Below are positions 26,575 to 38,767 of a stretch of 64,000 bases of DNA, piece after piece (the first letter of the stretch is position 1; each line of letters opens with the position of its first letter). The stretch is taken from NCBI GenBank assembly GCA_951406725.2, contig OX597819.1:126976001-127040000 (forward strand), written 5' to 3'. Source of the DNA: Octopus vulgaris. Lineage: Eukaryota. The notes under the pieces were generated by a model. The model ran no database searches. It saw nothing but the letters and a program-made list of their open reading frames with translations, and was not told the origin of the DNA. The translations under genes and the position numbers were made by a program.

Positions 26575-26948
26575 GGTACTGTTAGGAGTAGAGATCAGAG
26601 AAGACAGAGAAAGACCAACTGATCAGATGCAGCAGCAGTATAAAGCAAGACAAAGTATTATACAATAATAGAAATTCATTACACGTAACGTTAATAAGAC
26701 ACTTAATAAATCATCCATATGTGTGCGTGTGTGTGTGGTATACACACACACACATATGTATGTTTGAGTACGTAATTATGTGTGTGTATGTGTGTGTGTG
26801 TGCACTTACATGCGTACATGCAAGCCAACAAATTCTGCACACATACATAAATATATACATTAACACACACAAACACACAGACACACAGACACACACACAC
26901 ACACATACACAAACACACACACAAACACACACACACACACACACACAT

Positions 26949-26987
<39 letters not shown>

Positions 26988-27742
26988 CACACATGTACAA
27001 ACGTATTGTTGTCACAAACGTATAAACGCTACACGGTAACACATGAACATGAATCTGGTGACATCTTTATTAATGAGAACATAATTTTTCGCTATATACA
27101 GCTAAGTAATAATTGACTTGTTGTTATATGATTTATTAATTACAAAGTTCATAGTCTGCTTCTTTTTTTCTTTTCTTGATGTTGTGAGTGCTTTTTTTTC
27201 TTCCTAACTATATGTCAGGAATTATAGTTACGCAAAGTGGACTTGCAGAAATGTGTATTCAATGAAGCTTGGATTCCCTTCCTCCATATAAAAAAAAAAA
27301 ACGGTTTCGCTAAGTGAGCGTTACACTAAATGAATGCAAAACTTTTCTGTATCATCACATACGAAGACTTTTTCCTACTTTCTGCAGCCAACGAATGTAC
27401 ACTAAATATTTTCACGGATAATTGCATTTTTCTTTTCTCAATTAAAATATCGACTGGGCCACCACGCCAATATCCATTAAAGATATAGACTGAGTAGAGA
27501 TTTCGTGGCTAGTAACGGTTACTTACAGTGGAACGATTAGGGAGGATGGATTGAGAGGATTATTGAATATCATATGGACTATTAAATATAATACCGAATA
27601 AATAAAAGCAAAGAAATTGTAAATGACTCACAGAAATTCTTATTACTACATTTTTAATTTACCATCAAAATTCTTATTTGGGGTTACTTTCTAATTCTAC
27701 ATTGTTACTACTACTACTACAACAACAACAACAACAACAACA

Positions 27743-27792
<50 letters not shown>

Positions 27793-28170
27793 AACAACTA
27801 CTACTACTATTACTACTACTACTACTACTACTACTAAATAGTAGATTTAGTAGTATTAAGGCATGCACTGTAACATCAATCACTGTATCCACCATTTATT
27901 GGAGATTATCTACTCCTGCGGATGACACCTTTGCACCACTCGGGACAGCCCTCCAAGCAAGGGGTCTGTTAAGGTAGGTGTTGCCAGTGGGGGTTTTACG
28001 AGGCTGGAGTGCAAATCTTAACTCAGTTGAATAGACCATTGTTACTTCTTTTCAAACATCTACTACTCACAGATTATGTTGTCTTTGTACGCCTTTGTCT
28101 TTCTTTTCATTCTCTTCTCCAAGCACATATATAAAATATCTCGAGAAATCATTCTTCAAAATCAGATGCC

Positions 28171-28561
28171 TTGTAGTTGCTGTTGTTGCTGTTGCTGTTA
28201 AGCGAAGCGGTCTTCGTCCCAGAGCTCGCAAGATCGCGCCTCTGTAGTGGGAGAAGTCCGAAACGTGGTCCTTTGCTATTCGTAAGACCTGCAGAAGAGA
28301 AAGCGGACCAAATCCCGACACCGAGAGCATCGACGGATGGGTGATTGCGCATCCAGGCTCAGCGGTTGCGTAGGAAGTCGGAGACAAGAAACAGGAAGAA
28401 AGAGTGAGAGAAAGTTGGGGCGAAAGAGTACAACAGGGGTCGCCACCACCCACTGCCGGAGAATCGCGGAGCTTTAGGTGTTTTCGCTCAATAAACACAC
28501 ACAACCACGATCCTCCGACCGCGAGTCCGCTGCCTTAACCATTGGGCCATTGCACCTCCAC
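28171..28561 (-). mobile_element. SINE family C (tRNA-derived head, (CAA/CAG)n tail)
   Basis: Head GTGGAGGTGCAATGGCCCAATGGTTAAGGCAGCGGACTCGCG; homologous to 40612-41000, 45925-46332 and 56828-57110. Confidence 0.9.
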
Positions 28562-29309
28562 TTATGATTGTTGTTGGCAGTGGTGGTGGTATTAGTTTTT
28601 AGCTAATGGAAAAGACCTGTCATTAAAATCGTTCCAACTGTGACCATTCCATCTTTTCAGAGAAAATAGCTCTTCAAAGTCCAAAGTGTGCAAATTTTGC
28701 TAAGACGGCAGAGTGTGATATGAGAGATTTTGGTGGATATTTGTAGTGGGTCGAACAATTGCGTTCATGTTACTTTCTTTATGTTACTTGAGGTGAATTG
28801 TAAAAGTTTATATTTAAGAATATTTCAGTTATTTTATATTCCTTGAGATGGCAAGATGAATTATTTTTTTGCAGCTCAAACCGTAAAAACGACACTGATA
28901 TTTACTCCTAAGGTTTCATACGGTTTATAAAGTAAAGCCTAAAATGTAATAAAACTAATAAAGTATATATAAAAAAAGAACGAATGAACCCTTAGAAACA
29001 ACACATCTATAATGATCTAGAATTTAGAAAGTTACTATATGAAGCTACTTGTGTCAACCTGTTATAAACGCTAATCTCAACAAATGCTTATTTATTGAAG
29101 AAATTAGGTTAAGTTTTCAGAATTTTATTACTGGCTGTAATTCAATATTGCAGATTTCAGTTTCTCATTAAACACGCTTGTATCAGTGATAGTTCTTAAA
29201 TTATGAAGTACTTTTAAAAACTTGTTTGCTCCTTCCCAACATGTTGTTCAATTTGACATTTTTTTTTTCTGTGGGAACTTAAGCCGCAACATATCAAGGT
29301 TTCAGCTCC

Positions 29310-29438
29310 ATATATATATATGTGTATATATATATATACATATATATACACACACATATATATACATATATATATACATATATATACACATACATATATA
29401 TATATATATATACACATATATATATATATATATATACA

Positions 29439-29474
<36 letters not shown>

Positions 29475-29497
29475 CACATACATACATACATATATAT

Positions 29498-29577
<80 letters not shown>

Positions 29578-29665
29578 GTATACATATATATATATATATA
29601 TATATTATTTTTTTTTATACATACATATATATATATATATATACATACATACATACATACATACA

Positions 29666-29701
<36 letters not shown>

Positions 29702-29722
29702 TACACATACATACATATATAT
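29310..29722. repeat. (TA)n/(TACA)n compound microsatellite
   Basis: Directly visible. Confidence 0.95.
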
Positions 29723-30950
29723 CCTAACTACAAAACTACAACAAAAACAACAAGGAGAGCAACACTGCAAAACTTTTAACTTCTAAATCACCATTAACTG
29801 ATGTGAAGTCATTTATACAGGTCCCCAAATTTGTCATGTTAATTAAGTAAAGCTAAAATAGTCAGCTTATTGGCGTCCTACTTCGAAACAGATGTTCCCC
29901 AGTCAGTTGTAAGTGGGAAGAAGAAAGTCTAAACGACGAGCTTCGTAAAGGCCTAGAAACGCTTTCCATCTCTTATTGTGCAATACTATCACAGAAGAAG
30001 TCTCTATGTGGTCGCCTAACCAAGTAGAAATAGCAGTGAATTTTCCCTCAAATCAATTTCATGAAAGTGAGAGGGCACTTTGAAGAATGTAGCCCAGGGC
30101 ACACTACAACCTGAAAAAAATGGCATGGTCGCCACTCGTTGCATCTTGTAAATACAGTTGCTTTATCAGGGCCGACTTTGAGCTAAATAACAACAACAAC
30201 AACGTGTCTTTCTATTAATGGAATTGTTCAGGGAAGCTTTTGTGATATTTTTTATGGTTTAATCAGAAGGTCGACGCTCATGATCCTTTGTAGGGTCTCT
30301 GTGAATAACGGCAGATACCACGACTGATGATTTGTCCCCTGACATGAGACGTTACCCGAATGTTTATAAAAGCACAGATTCCGCTAAAGGAACATACCAG
30401 CGAAGTAGCTGTGTGAAACAGGGAAATGGATTAGATCGGGCGCAACGCATGGCATGAAAAATATTTCTCGGGGACGAAATATGCTTATCCAGTTTCATAT
30501 TTACCACGACACCAGCTATTTGCAAAATATTAAAAGACACAGCCCCTTTCATAAAGGGATAACTGAACATCGTCTTTCTTTCATTTTTTATTTATTCATT
30601 TATTTATTTATGTATTTATTTATACACTTATCTTTTATTACAACTGGAAGACGATGGTGCATCAATGAAAGGTTTACTTTTTTTTTAAAGACGATGTGAG
30701 TAATAGCGAAGTGACTGAAGATCAATGCAGAACAAATGTACCCAGAGCGGTCGTTCATTGATTGTTTTCGTTTCCCTCCCTAGGGTTTACATCGTCCGTT
30801 AATATATATCAACGAAAGACATACAACTACACTCATATCCATGCACACATACACAGATGCATGTATGTATGCATGTATGTATGTCTGTATGTATGTATGT
30901 ATGTACGTACGTACGTATATATATATATATATAATGTTTGTTTCTATGTT

Positions 30951-30993
30951 CAGTCTTATGATGTCCTAGGCGGCCGAAACTTCGAAGTCACTG
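30951..30993 (+). ncRNA. Type I hammerhead fold with G5U substitution
   Basis: CAGT-CTTATGA-TGTCC-TAGGC-GGCC-GAAAC-TTCGAA-GTC-ACTG; stem I CAGT/ACTG, palindromic loop III TTCGAA, GUC site. Confidence 0.7.
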
Positions 30994-31015
30994 TCAATGG
31001 CATTGTTGTAAAGAA

Positions 31016-31062
<47 letters not shown>

Positions 31063-31246
31063 ACTAGTTGACTTTGGTCGGGTGCTAAAGTCGTTGTTAT
31101 TGCTATTTACCTTTATATATATATATATATACTCAAAATAAGCAACAAAAATATCTTTGGTAATTTGGTACGATCGTTTCACGCTACATCATTTTATTAA
31201 ACATTGTAAGTATTCCAACAGTTTTAAAATGTTGAGCAATCACATG

Positions 31247-31312
<66 letters not shown>

Positions 31313-31317
<5 letters not shown>

Positions 31318-33045
31318 AGGTAAAGAGCTCTAACAACGATTTTAGCACCCGACCAAACTCAACTAGTAAAAAATACCAATAACAAAATCTTAAACAGAAA
31401 AACTTTAATACAATAAGAAATAAGATTAAAACGTTCACTCCGACCATAAACACTAATTACAATCCAAACTATAATTTAAGAAATTGTTCTAAAAATATAG
31501 ACTGGATGATTATCCCCTTTGCTCGGCAAGTAAAATCAAAAATATCTAGAATGTTCTACGAGGCACCAAATAGATTTTTTCTCATAACGAATAGGTACCA
31601 TAATTGATTTCATAAACAGAAAATCAGAATCGCGTTCTCCAGCTCTAGAAATTTAGCCAAAATTATAGCTGTCCACAACACCAAGAAAATTACAAAAGCA
31701 CAGGACAATAACATTAATAAGGTATATAATAACGAAAATCAAATTAAAGGTAATAATAACACCAATTTTAAAAACGATAGAAACATTTTTGATACAAATT
31801 CTGTTGACATCACCATTAAGAAAGTAAATAATGATGAAAGGTAAACTGCTTAATTGAATAATTCTATAAATTCTAATAAGTAATAGACAGGCACAATGCT
31901 ATCTAGAAAGAGCAGCGACTATTATGAAAACAGTAATAAAAACGATAATCAGCAAAAATATAAAACAAACACAAACATTATAAAGTTTAATAGTAAAAAC
32001 GTACATCACTTTATACATGGAACATGTGATTGCGCTAGGAAAACACAATGACTGTAAAAATAACTGTAAAGTAAGAAATACCGTCTATAGATGTGTTGTC
32101 ACAACGGATAAAAATGAATAATATTATATCGGTGCTAGTTCATGATTTATAAAACAAAGAATAGCAAATCATGAAAACTCTTTTAGAAATAGTACCAGAA
32201 AATTTTCAACATGTCTTAGCAAATTTATATGGTCGCTTAAGAATGAAAATATTAAATATTCATTAAAATGGGAAATTATTAGCAACGCGAAACCTTATAA
32301 AATAGGGGATGAAAGATGCAATTTGTGCCTAGTGGAATTATACCAAATATTTACTTCAAAAATAATTTAGTTGACACTAGACAAGAAAGAAGTTTTAACA
32401 GCTTGCACAAGTAACGTTTCCTTTTTAAAAGATTGAAATAATAGAATACCTTAATTTATATAATTTCAATAAACATTTTTTCTTTAAACATAATAGCTGT
32501 AATAATAAAGACACAAATAAGGAATATAAGAATAGAATTCAATTTATAAGAATAATAGTAACTAATTAGAAGAATTTGAAATGCAACTGACCACTTCTTT
32601 TTAATAACCACGTGTTTCTTACTGGTTAGTAATTACCCACTAAATCAACTTTGAAATCCACCAAAAATGCCTTGAGACTATAAAGTATGTAGAATCAATC
32701 AAAAATAAGCATTCTATAAGTAACCACACCCTTCCTAACCCAAAACATTTACTAACTGCTGCTGCTGCTACTGAATTTTACCCAAACAAACAGTTGAGAA
32801 AGACATCTTATAGCAGAATGTCATCCTGTACTATAACTACTACCAAGCCTAATTCAAACTAATAACGGAGGATAATTCCTTTTCGAAAAATATCATAGTT
32901 ATAGGCTCTCAAGCGATCGTATTAATAATGCAAAAACCGCTGTGTATGAATAAGCACCAATATGCAACGTGCGATCGAAACACGTATCGGAATATAAACT
33001 AACTGGAAATAAACATAAAGCCTGAATGTTCAAATTCTTCATCCT

Positions 33046-33048
<3 letters not shown>
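31313..33048 (+). mobile_element. Penelope-like element 3' portion (Naiad-like): thumb, CxC-x5-C-x5-C linker, GIY-YIG, pLTR
   Basis: WMIIPF...RIAFSSSRNLAKIIAVHN, CDC.., NTVYRC..YYIGAS, QRIANHENSFRN, LSKFIWSLK, KWEII and CNLCLVE; AATAAA then (TA)n at the 3' end; inverted copy of the 5' end at 31058-31115. Confidence 0.85.
32901..32995 (+). ncRNA. Degenerate long-stem-II hammerhead in the PLE pLTR
   Basis: ATAGGCT-CTCAAGC-GATCG...CGATC-GAAAC-ACGT-ATC-GGAATAT; palindromic loop ACGT; two core substitutions. Confidence 0.55.
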
Positions 33049-33079
<31 letters not shown>

Positions 33080-33345
33080 TTTTTTATAATTCTTTTTTAA
33101 AATGATGTGTTTTGAAGTTTTGCATTCGGTAAAATTTTGTTTATTTTTAGTAGTTTTGACCGCATTGGTCCCTCTTAGCGTGTTGGTATCTACGAATAGT
33201 AGTACCCTCAATATAATATAAATGAATATTTTCAAAGAGGAAGAATTTACGGATTTTTTTCTCTTACAAGGTTTTTCACGCTGACTACTGATAATTTCTT
33301 TTAAAGATTTTATCCTCAATTGTTAATATATATATATATATATAT

Positions 33346-34730
33346 TGTATTGTATTGGCATCCTTTCTGTCTCGGGAGACAATGGAGTTGCGCATTTTTT
33401 TTTTTTTTTTTTTAGGTCTAGTCCGGCTGTTATATTTTATTTCCTGATACATTTCTTGCTGTGGCTGTGTAGTCCTATCCTGGACAAACACTCCCTCTGG
33501 CAGGTACTGCAAATGTAGCGAAGACTGTTCCTGGCTGGTTGTAGTGCCATGGTCTCTTGTTTATGTCTCTTCCTTTCTTTCCATTTCTCCTCTCTCTTTC
33601 TGTCACTCCTCTGTATACCCTCTTTTACTGTACGTCGCCATTCTCCACGGTTGCCGGCGACTGCCTCCCAACCGCTAATGTTGATGTTGCAGGCCTTCAT
33701 ATCCCTTTTGCAAACATCCTTGTAACGTAAGATCGGTCTACCCACAGACCTAGTACCCCTAGCAAGCTCTCCGTAGAGTATGTCCTTGGGGATTCTGCCA
33801 TCTTTCATACGGCTAACATGCCCAAGCCATCTCATACGTCTTTGTGTGAGGAGTGCAAACATGCTTGGTATTCCTGCTTGCCTGAGGACATCTTTGTTGG
33901 GGATATGATTCTGCCATTTGATGTGGAGGATTTTTCGGAGGCAGCGCAGGTGAAAGATGTTTAGGCGACGCTCTTGGCGTGTGTATAGCGTCCAGGTCTC
34001 GCTTCCATACAGTAGAGTGCTGAGTACACATGCCTGGTAGATCTTCATTTTTGTGGTCTTGGTCAGCTTATTGTTGTCCCAAGCCCGTTTGGAGAGTTGG
34101 GCCATCGCAGCAGCTGCCTTGCCAATGCGTATATTGAGCTCAGCGTCAAGGGATAGGTTGTAGGTGACGGTAGAGCCCAGATAGGTAAACTTCTCCACCT
34201 CTTGTAATCTGTGGTCTCCAATATGTATGTTTGGGATGTCCGATGTAGCCTGGCCCATGATATTGGTCTTCTTAAGGCTGATAGCTAAACCAAAGTCGTT
34301 ACATGCTTGCTCAAAACAGTTAATATGCCTTTGGAGGGCTTCTTCTGTGTGTGTTACCAGAGCGGCATCATCAGCAAATAACATCTCCTTGATCAGGACG
34401 TTTCTGATTTTGGTCTTGGCACGCAGGCGCGAGAGATTGAACAGTTTCCCGTCACTTCTACTGTGCAGAAACACTCCATCATCTGATGTCTGAAAGGCAT
34501 GTGACAGTAAGAGTGAGAAGAAGATGCCAAACAATGTAGGAGCGAGGACACAGCCTTGCTTTACCCCGTTTTTTATTTGGAAGGCGGCTGATGTTGAACC
34601 GTTGTGCTGTATGGTGCCTTGCATGTCATCATGGAAAGACTTGATGATCCTCAGCAGCTTTGGTGGACATCCGATTTTTTTGGAGCAGGAGGAAGAGGCC
34701 TGTTCTGCTTACCGAGTCAAAAGCCTTTGT
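33346..34730 (-). mobile_element. 5'-truncated RTE-BovB-type LINE inserted in (TA)n
   Basis: Starts at KAFDSVSR; 3' UTR CCATTGTCTCCCGAGACAGAAAGGATGCC followed by an (AATAC)n tail. Confidence 0.95.
33437..34624 (-). CDS. RTE-BovB reverse transcriptase, C-terminal 395 aa, uninterrupted
   Basis: GVKQGCVLAPTLF, MLFADDAAL, FTYLGS, LLYGSETW, RMRWLGHV and a terminal C-x2-C...H zinc finger. Confidence 0.93.
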   Translation of the reverse strand: MQGTIQHNGSTSAAFQIKNGVKQGCVLAPTLFGIFFSLLLSHAFQTSDDGVFLHSRSDGKLFNLSRLRAKTKIRNVLIKEMLFADDAALVTHTEEALQRHINCFEQACNDFGLAISLKKTNIMGQATSDIPNIHIGDHRLQEVEKFTYLGSTVTYNLSLDAELNIRIGKAAAAMAQLSKRAWDNNKLTKTTKMKIYQACVLSTLLYGSETWTLYTRQERRLNIFHLRCLRKILHIKWQNHIPNKDVLRQAGIPSMFALLTQRRMRWLGHVSRMKDGRIPKDILYGELARGTRSVGRPILRYKDVCKRDMKACNINISGWEAVAGNRGEWRRTVKEGIQRSDRKREEKWKERKRHKQETMALQPARNSLRYICSTCQRECLSRIGLHSHSKKCIRK

Positions 34731-34750
34731 TATATATATATATATATATA

Positions 34751-35110
34751 TTACTCTTTTACTTGTTTCAGTCATTTGACTGCGGCCATGCTGGAGCACC
34801 GCCTTTAGTCGAGCAAATCGACCCCGGGACTTATTCTTTGTAAGCCCAGTACTTATTATATCGGTCTCTTTTGCCGAACCGCTAAGTGACGGGGACGTAA
34901 ACACAACAGCATCGGTTGTCAAGCAATGCTAGGGGGACAAACACAGACACACAAACATATACACACATACATATATATATATACATATATACGACAGGCT
35001 TTCTTTCAGTTTCCGTCTACCAAATCCACTCACAAGGCATTGGTCGGCCCGGGGCTATAGCAGAAGACACTTTCCCAAGATGCCACGCAGTGGGACTGAA
35101 CCCGGAACCA
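34751..35110 (-). mobile_element. SINE family B, 5'-truncated, with internal microsatellite
   Basis: Reverse complement of 36109-36409 plus the segment deleted in that copy; AAACAAGTAAAAGAGT tail. Confidence 0.92.
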
Positions 35111-35111
35111 T

Positions 35112-35233
35112 CTGGAGCAACGCGAAATGAAATGTTTTACTCAAGAACACAACGAGTCACCCGGTCCAGGAATCGAAACGACAATCTTACGATCATGATG
35201 CTGACACCCTAACCACGAAGCCACGCGCCTCCA
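35112..35233 (-). mobile_element. tRNA-derived head of a further SINE family
   Basis: GTGGAGGCGCGTGGCTTCGTGGTTAGGG...GTTTCGATTCC (box A and box B), then TTGTGTTCTTGAG. Confidence 0.7.
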
Positions 35234-36108
35234 CATACACGCACACACACACACACACACACATACACATATATAATATATATATAGCTGGGTGGGGGTG
35301 CTTGTCTCTCCCTTGTAAACATAAGGACACAGGAAATGTGTCAAGGCCGACAGGAAGCGTTGATGCTTCCTAGGGCTAAACAAATAGTCATGCAAAGGGA
35401 GTTAACCGTGAGGTTTGCGCTACAATCTGAAAGAATGGCGTTAAAGAAAGTCTGTTGAACCTTGCATAGAAAACGCTTTTCAGCTTGAAAAATATCGGCT
35501 TGTCTCCATTACATATCAAGCAAGGATTTACACAAAGTTTTGCAAAAGATACTGACACAACAGTTTCAGCATTCCTAAATCTAAAAATCAAATTTCCAGT
35601 AACTAGTGATACAATTTTTTTAATGTGTTTTTTTCGACCTTGAGATACGAATATCTCCGAAAAACGATTCATTTCATGATACTTTGAAAGCTTTCAGAAC
35701 AGTCACAATTTATTTGGAAAAAACCCAACTGAACCTATGAAACCTTCATCGCAAACCTTGTCAGGCCTATCAAGAGCTGGGCCACAAGATATCTGTGAAA
35801 ATACATTACGTAGGTTCTCGTATGGTTTTTTTTTTAATATTAAAGCATAGAAAAACGATTTTTCAAGGATATAACTACTGGGAAAACGTTATCAGGGTAT
35901 ATGAAACCTATGAATATTTGCGGATTATTATTAGACTATACGCGGATAGGCACGCGACATTATTTACCTCTTAAAAGCAAAACAATCGGGAAAATGTATC
36001 GTAAGGTCATTTTCAAACTCTAAGTAAAAGTCATATAATTCATGTGTATACATTTGGTTGTAACTGATGCTCCATTGGTTCTGAAGAAATTAAAATGGGA
36101 CACAATTA

Positions 36109-36409
36109 GGCGCAGGAGTGGCTGTGTGGTAAGTAGCTTGCTAACCAACCACATGGTTCCGGGTTCAGTCCCAATGCGTGGCATCTTGGGCAAGTGTCTT
36201 CTGCTATGCCGACCAATGCCTTGTGAGTGGATTTGGTAGACGGAAACTGAAAGAAGCCTGTCGTATATATGTATATATATATATGTATGTGTGTGTATAT
36301 GTTTGTGTGTCTGTGTTTGTCCCCCTAGCATTGCTTGACAACCGATGCTAGTGTGTTTACGTCCCCGTCACTTAGCGGTTCGGCAAAACAAGTAAAAGAG
36401 TAAAAGAGT
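36109..36409 (+). mobile_element. SINE family B with internal 3' deletion
   Basis: Full head, central (TA/TG) tract, GTAAAAGAGTAAAAGAGT tail, short AATTA flanking duplication. Confidence 0.92.
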
Positions 36410-36910
36410 AATTATGTATCTCCAAAACTCTTAAAAATGAATATCCTCGCCATAATTAGCGACCAAAGATTTATATCAATTAACACTCTTTTCCCGAGAC
36501 AGCAAACGGTTTCATTTTATTGAAGATTAAATTAAAAGAAGAAAGAAAAGAAAAAGCTTGTTAATCTTGAAAATGAGCAAGATTTTTGAAATCATTGGCT
36601 CAGAATCACTAAAGATTGACTGGTTTTGTGTCCAGCACATTTTGGTGGTAAACCAGTACAACCAAAGATTTCAGATTAATGAATCGAACAAGTCTAAAAC
36701 TGTAACGTGCCATTAATATTTATGGGAGATGTGTTTAATTCACGCCTATTAGCACTAACAACATGTACAACGAATTAAAAGCAGACGAATCAGTAATGAC
36801 TCCTGGACTTATTTTAACCCTTCTTCGTATGTATAAATAAGTATAATTAATTATGTAGTTGCACTGGTTAGCGAAAATTAAGTTACCGATTTTCTGATTA
36901 ACGAATTTAA

Positions 36911-37066
36911 TACCTACCTACCTACCTACCTACCTACCTACCTACCTACCTACCTACCTACCTACCTACCTACCTACCTACCTACCTACCTACCTACCTA
37001 CCTACCTACCTACCTACACACACACATACATACATACATACATACATACATACATACATACATACA
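36911..37066. repeat. (CCTA)n then (CA)/(CATA)n microsatellite
   Basis: Directly visible. Confidence 0.96.
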
Positions 37067-37258
37067 TAGGGAGAGTTTACGAAAAAAACAAAAGACGAAG
37101 ACAGGTGGTCTACAAAACAAACAGATGTATTAGTATAACGCTCAGGAATAGAAAAAAAGTCTTTTACGTTTCGAGCCCACGCTCTTATACAGAAAGGGAC
37201 ACAGAAAAAACAAGGAGAGAAAAAAATGTGTGTAGTGGCTAACGATCTATCATGGCGA
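37067..37258 (-). mobile_element. Solo PLE pLTR with minimal hammerhead at 37161-37196
   Basis: Homologous to 20773-20965 and 55108-55290; CTTT-CTGTATA-AGAGC-GTGG-GCTC-GAAAC-GTA-AAAG. Confidence 0.85.
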
Positions 37259-38395
37259 CTGATAAGATCATGCATACATACATACATACATACATACATA
37301 CATACATACATACATACATACATACACAAACAAACATATGGAGACATACATACTATTTCTAACATGGATGATTCAATTGCATTCATGCATAAAGAGCAGC
37401 GTAGCTTTATGAACATGTAAATGTCAAATAAGTAACACACCGAATTCGAAATAAAAAAACGAAAACTACGTATGTAGTTTGTCTGAAGTTTGAGATTCGT
37501 GGAATTTGAATACGAACTTTTGAATATTAGCATTTAGATTATATAATCAGACCAGCATATCTTTAAACATAGATGGCTGAGTTTAAGATGAATTCAATAA
37601 ATTCTTCTCTTCAAATATAGCCCAAATTTATTGGACATGTTCTCCAACGAATTAGAATGAGAAAATATATATTTTCATCACTTAAATGTGGAACTAGCGG
37701 TAACTCTCAAGAGAGCTGAAAAGCAGAAGGGCTTCAGAGGAAAAATCCCACTCAAGCAAATGTTTCGGCCCCTAACTTATTTACCCTCTAATGTGGCCGG
37801 ACTGCATCCTAATCATGATTCCTCGGTGCCCTTCTGCTGACACGTTTTAGCCACTTGGATATCGGAGATTTGTGCATTTAAATCGCCTATTGATTTCATC
37901 TAATTGGAATATTCTCTCCGTTGACACAGGCTTTAAATTTAAATTTAAATACGAAATAACATTGGTTGTCATGGCAGCGGTGTGACTCAACGCTACCAAA
38001 ATTTCTCACTCAGAGTTACTTCCCTTAGCATGAAAATAGAAGCCTTCAAACGGCTTGGAGGTCGTTTATGCTCCTTCTCGACCAGATCCAGCTAGAACAC
38101 ATTTCCGCTATCGCTGCTATTGCCTTTAGAGCTTTGGTCCTGTTCTTTCCAGAGATTGGGAGTTCTTTCATTTTATCGTAAGCAGATTTGCGCACAAAAT
38201 TTTTACTCTGTCCTCTATAGCGAGAACCTTGAACCGGAAGTTGGCTTCTCTCAGGCTGTAGGCCAGACTGGTCTTGAATTTTTCGGTCTTGAATACGTGT
38301 GCTTCTTTCACGGTACTTCCAAATTGCACAGAGAGTTCAAGCAAAGTAATTCGCTTTGGTGAACTTAAACGGAGAACTAATTTGCGGTATATCTC

Positions 38396-38767
38396 AAAGA
38401 AGCTTGAGAGGCGGTTGGATGGAACTTACACTCGCCTCCTTATGAGAGCTCAAAATCTCTCGTGGAAGCGTCATCCAACCAAAGTACAAATATATGGGAA
38501 ATTACCACCTGTATCATCTCTTGTGAAAGGTAGAAGAGTCCAGTTTGCTGGACATTGTTGTAGAGCTGAAAAAGAGGTAATTTCTACTCTTCTTCCCTGG
38601 AAGCCATCTGGCCGCGATACCAGAGGGCGCACACTCTCCTACCCTGATGTAATCTCCTGGGATACAGGCATCCAGCAACAGGACCTCCGTAATGCTATGC
38701 TGGACCGTGAAGTCTGGCGTAACATAGTAAATTCCATTGTCTCTACCACGGTCGAACAATGATGATG
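38396..38767 (+). mobile_element. 5'-truncated RTE-clade LINE 3' end
   Basis: Open frame RLDGTYTRLLMRAQNLSWKRH...QFAGHC...DREVWR; (TGA)n tail; TSD ATATCTC at 38389-95 and 38768-74. Confidence 0.88.

Noticed and set aside
30324-30353. CTGATGA-TTTGTC-CCCT-GACAT-GAGAC-GTT
   Set aside because: A14 altered and no stem I complementarity.
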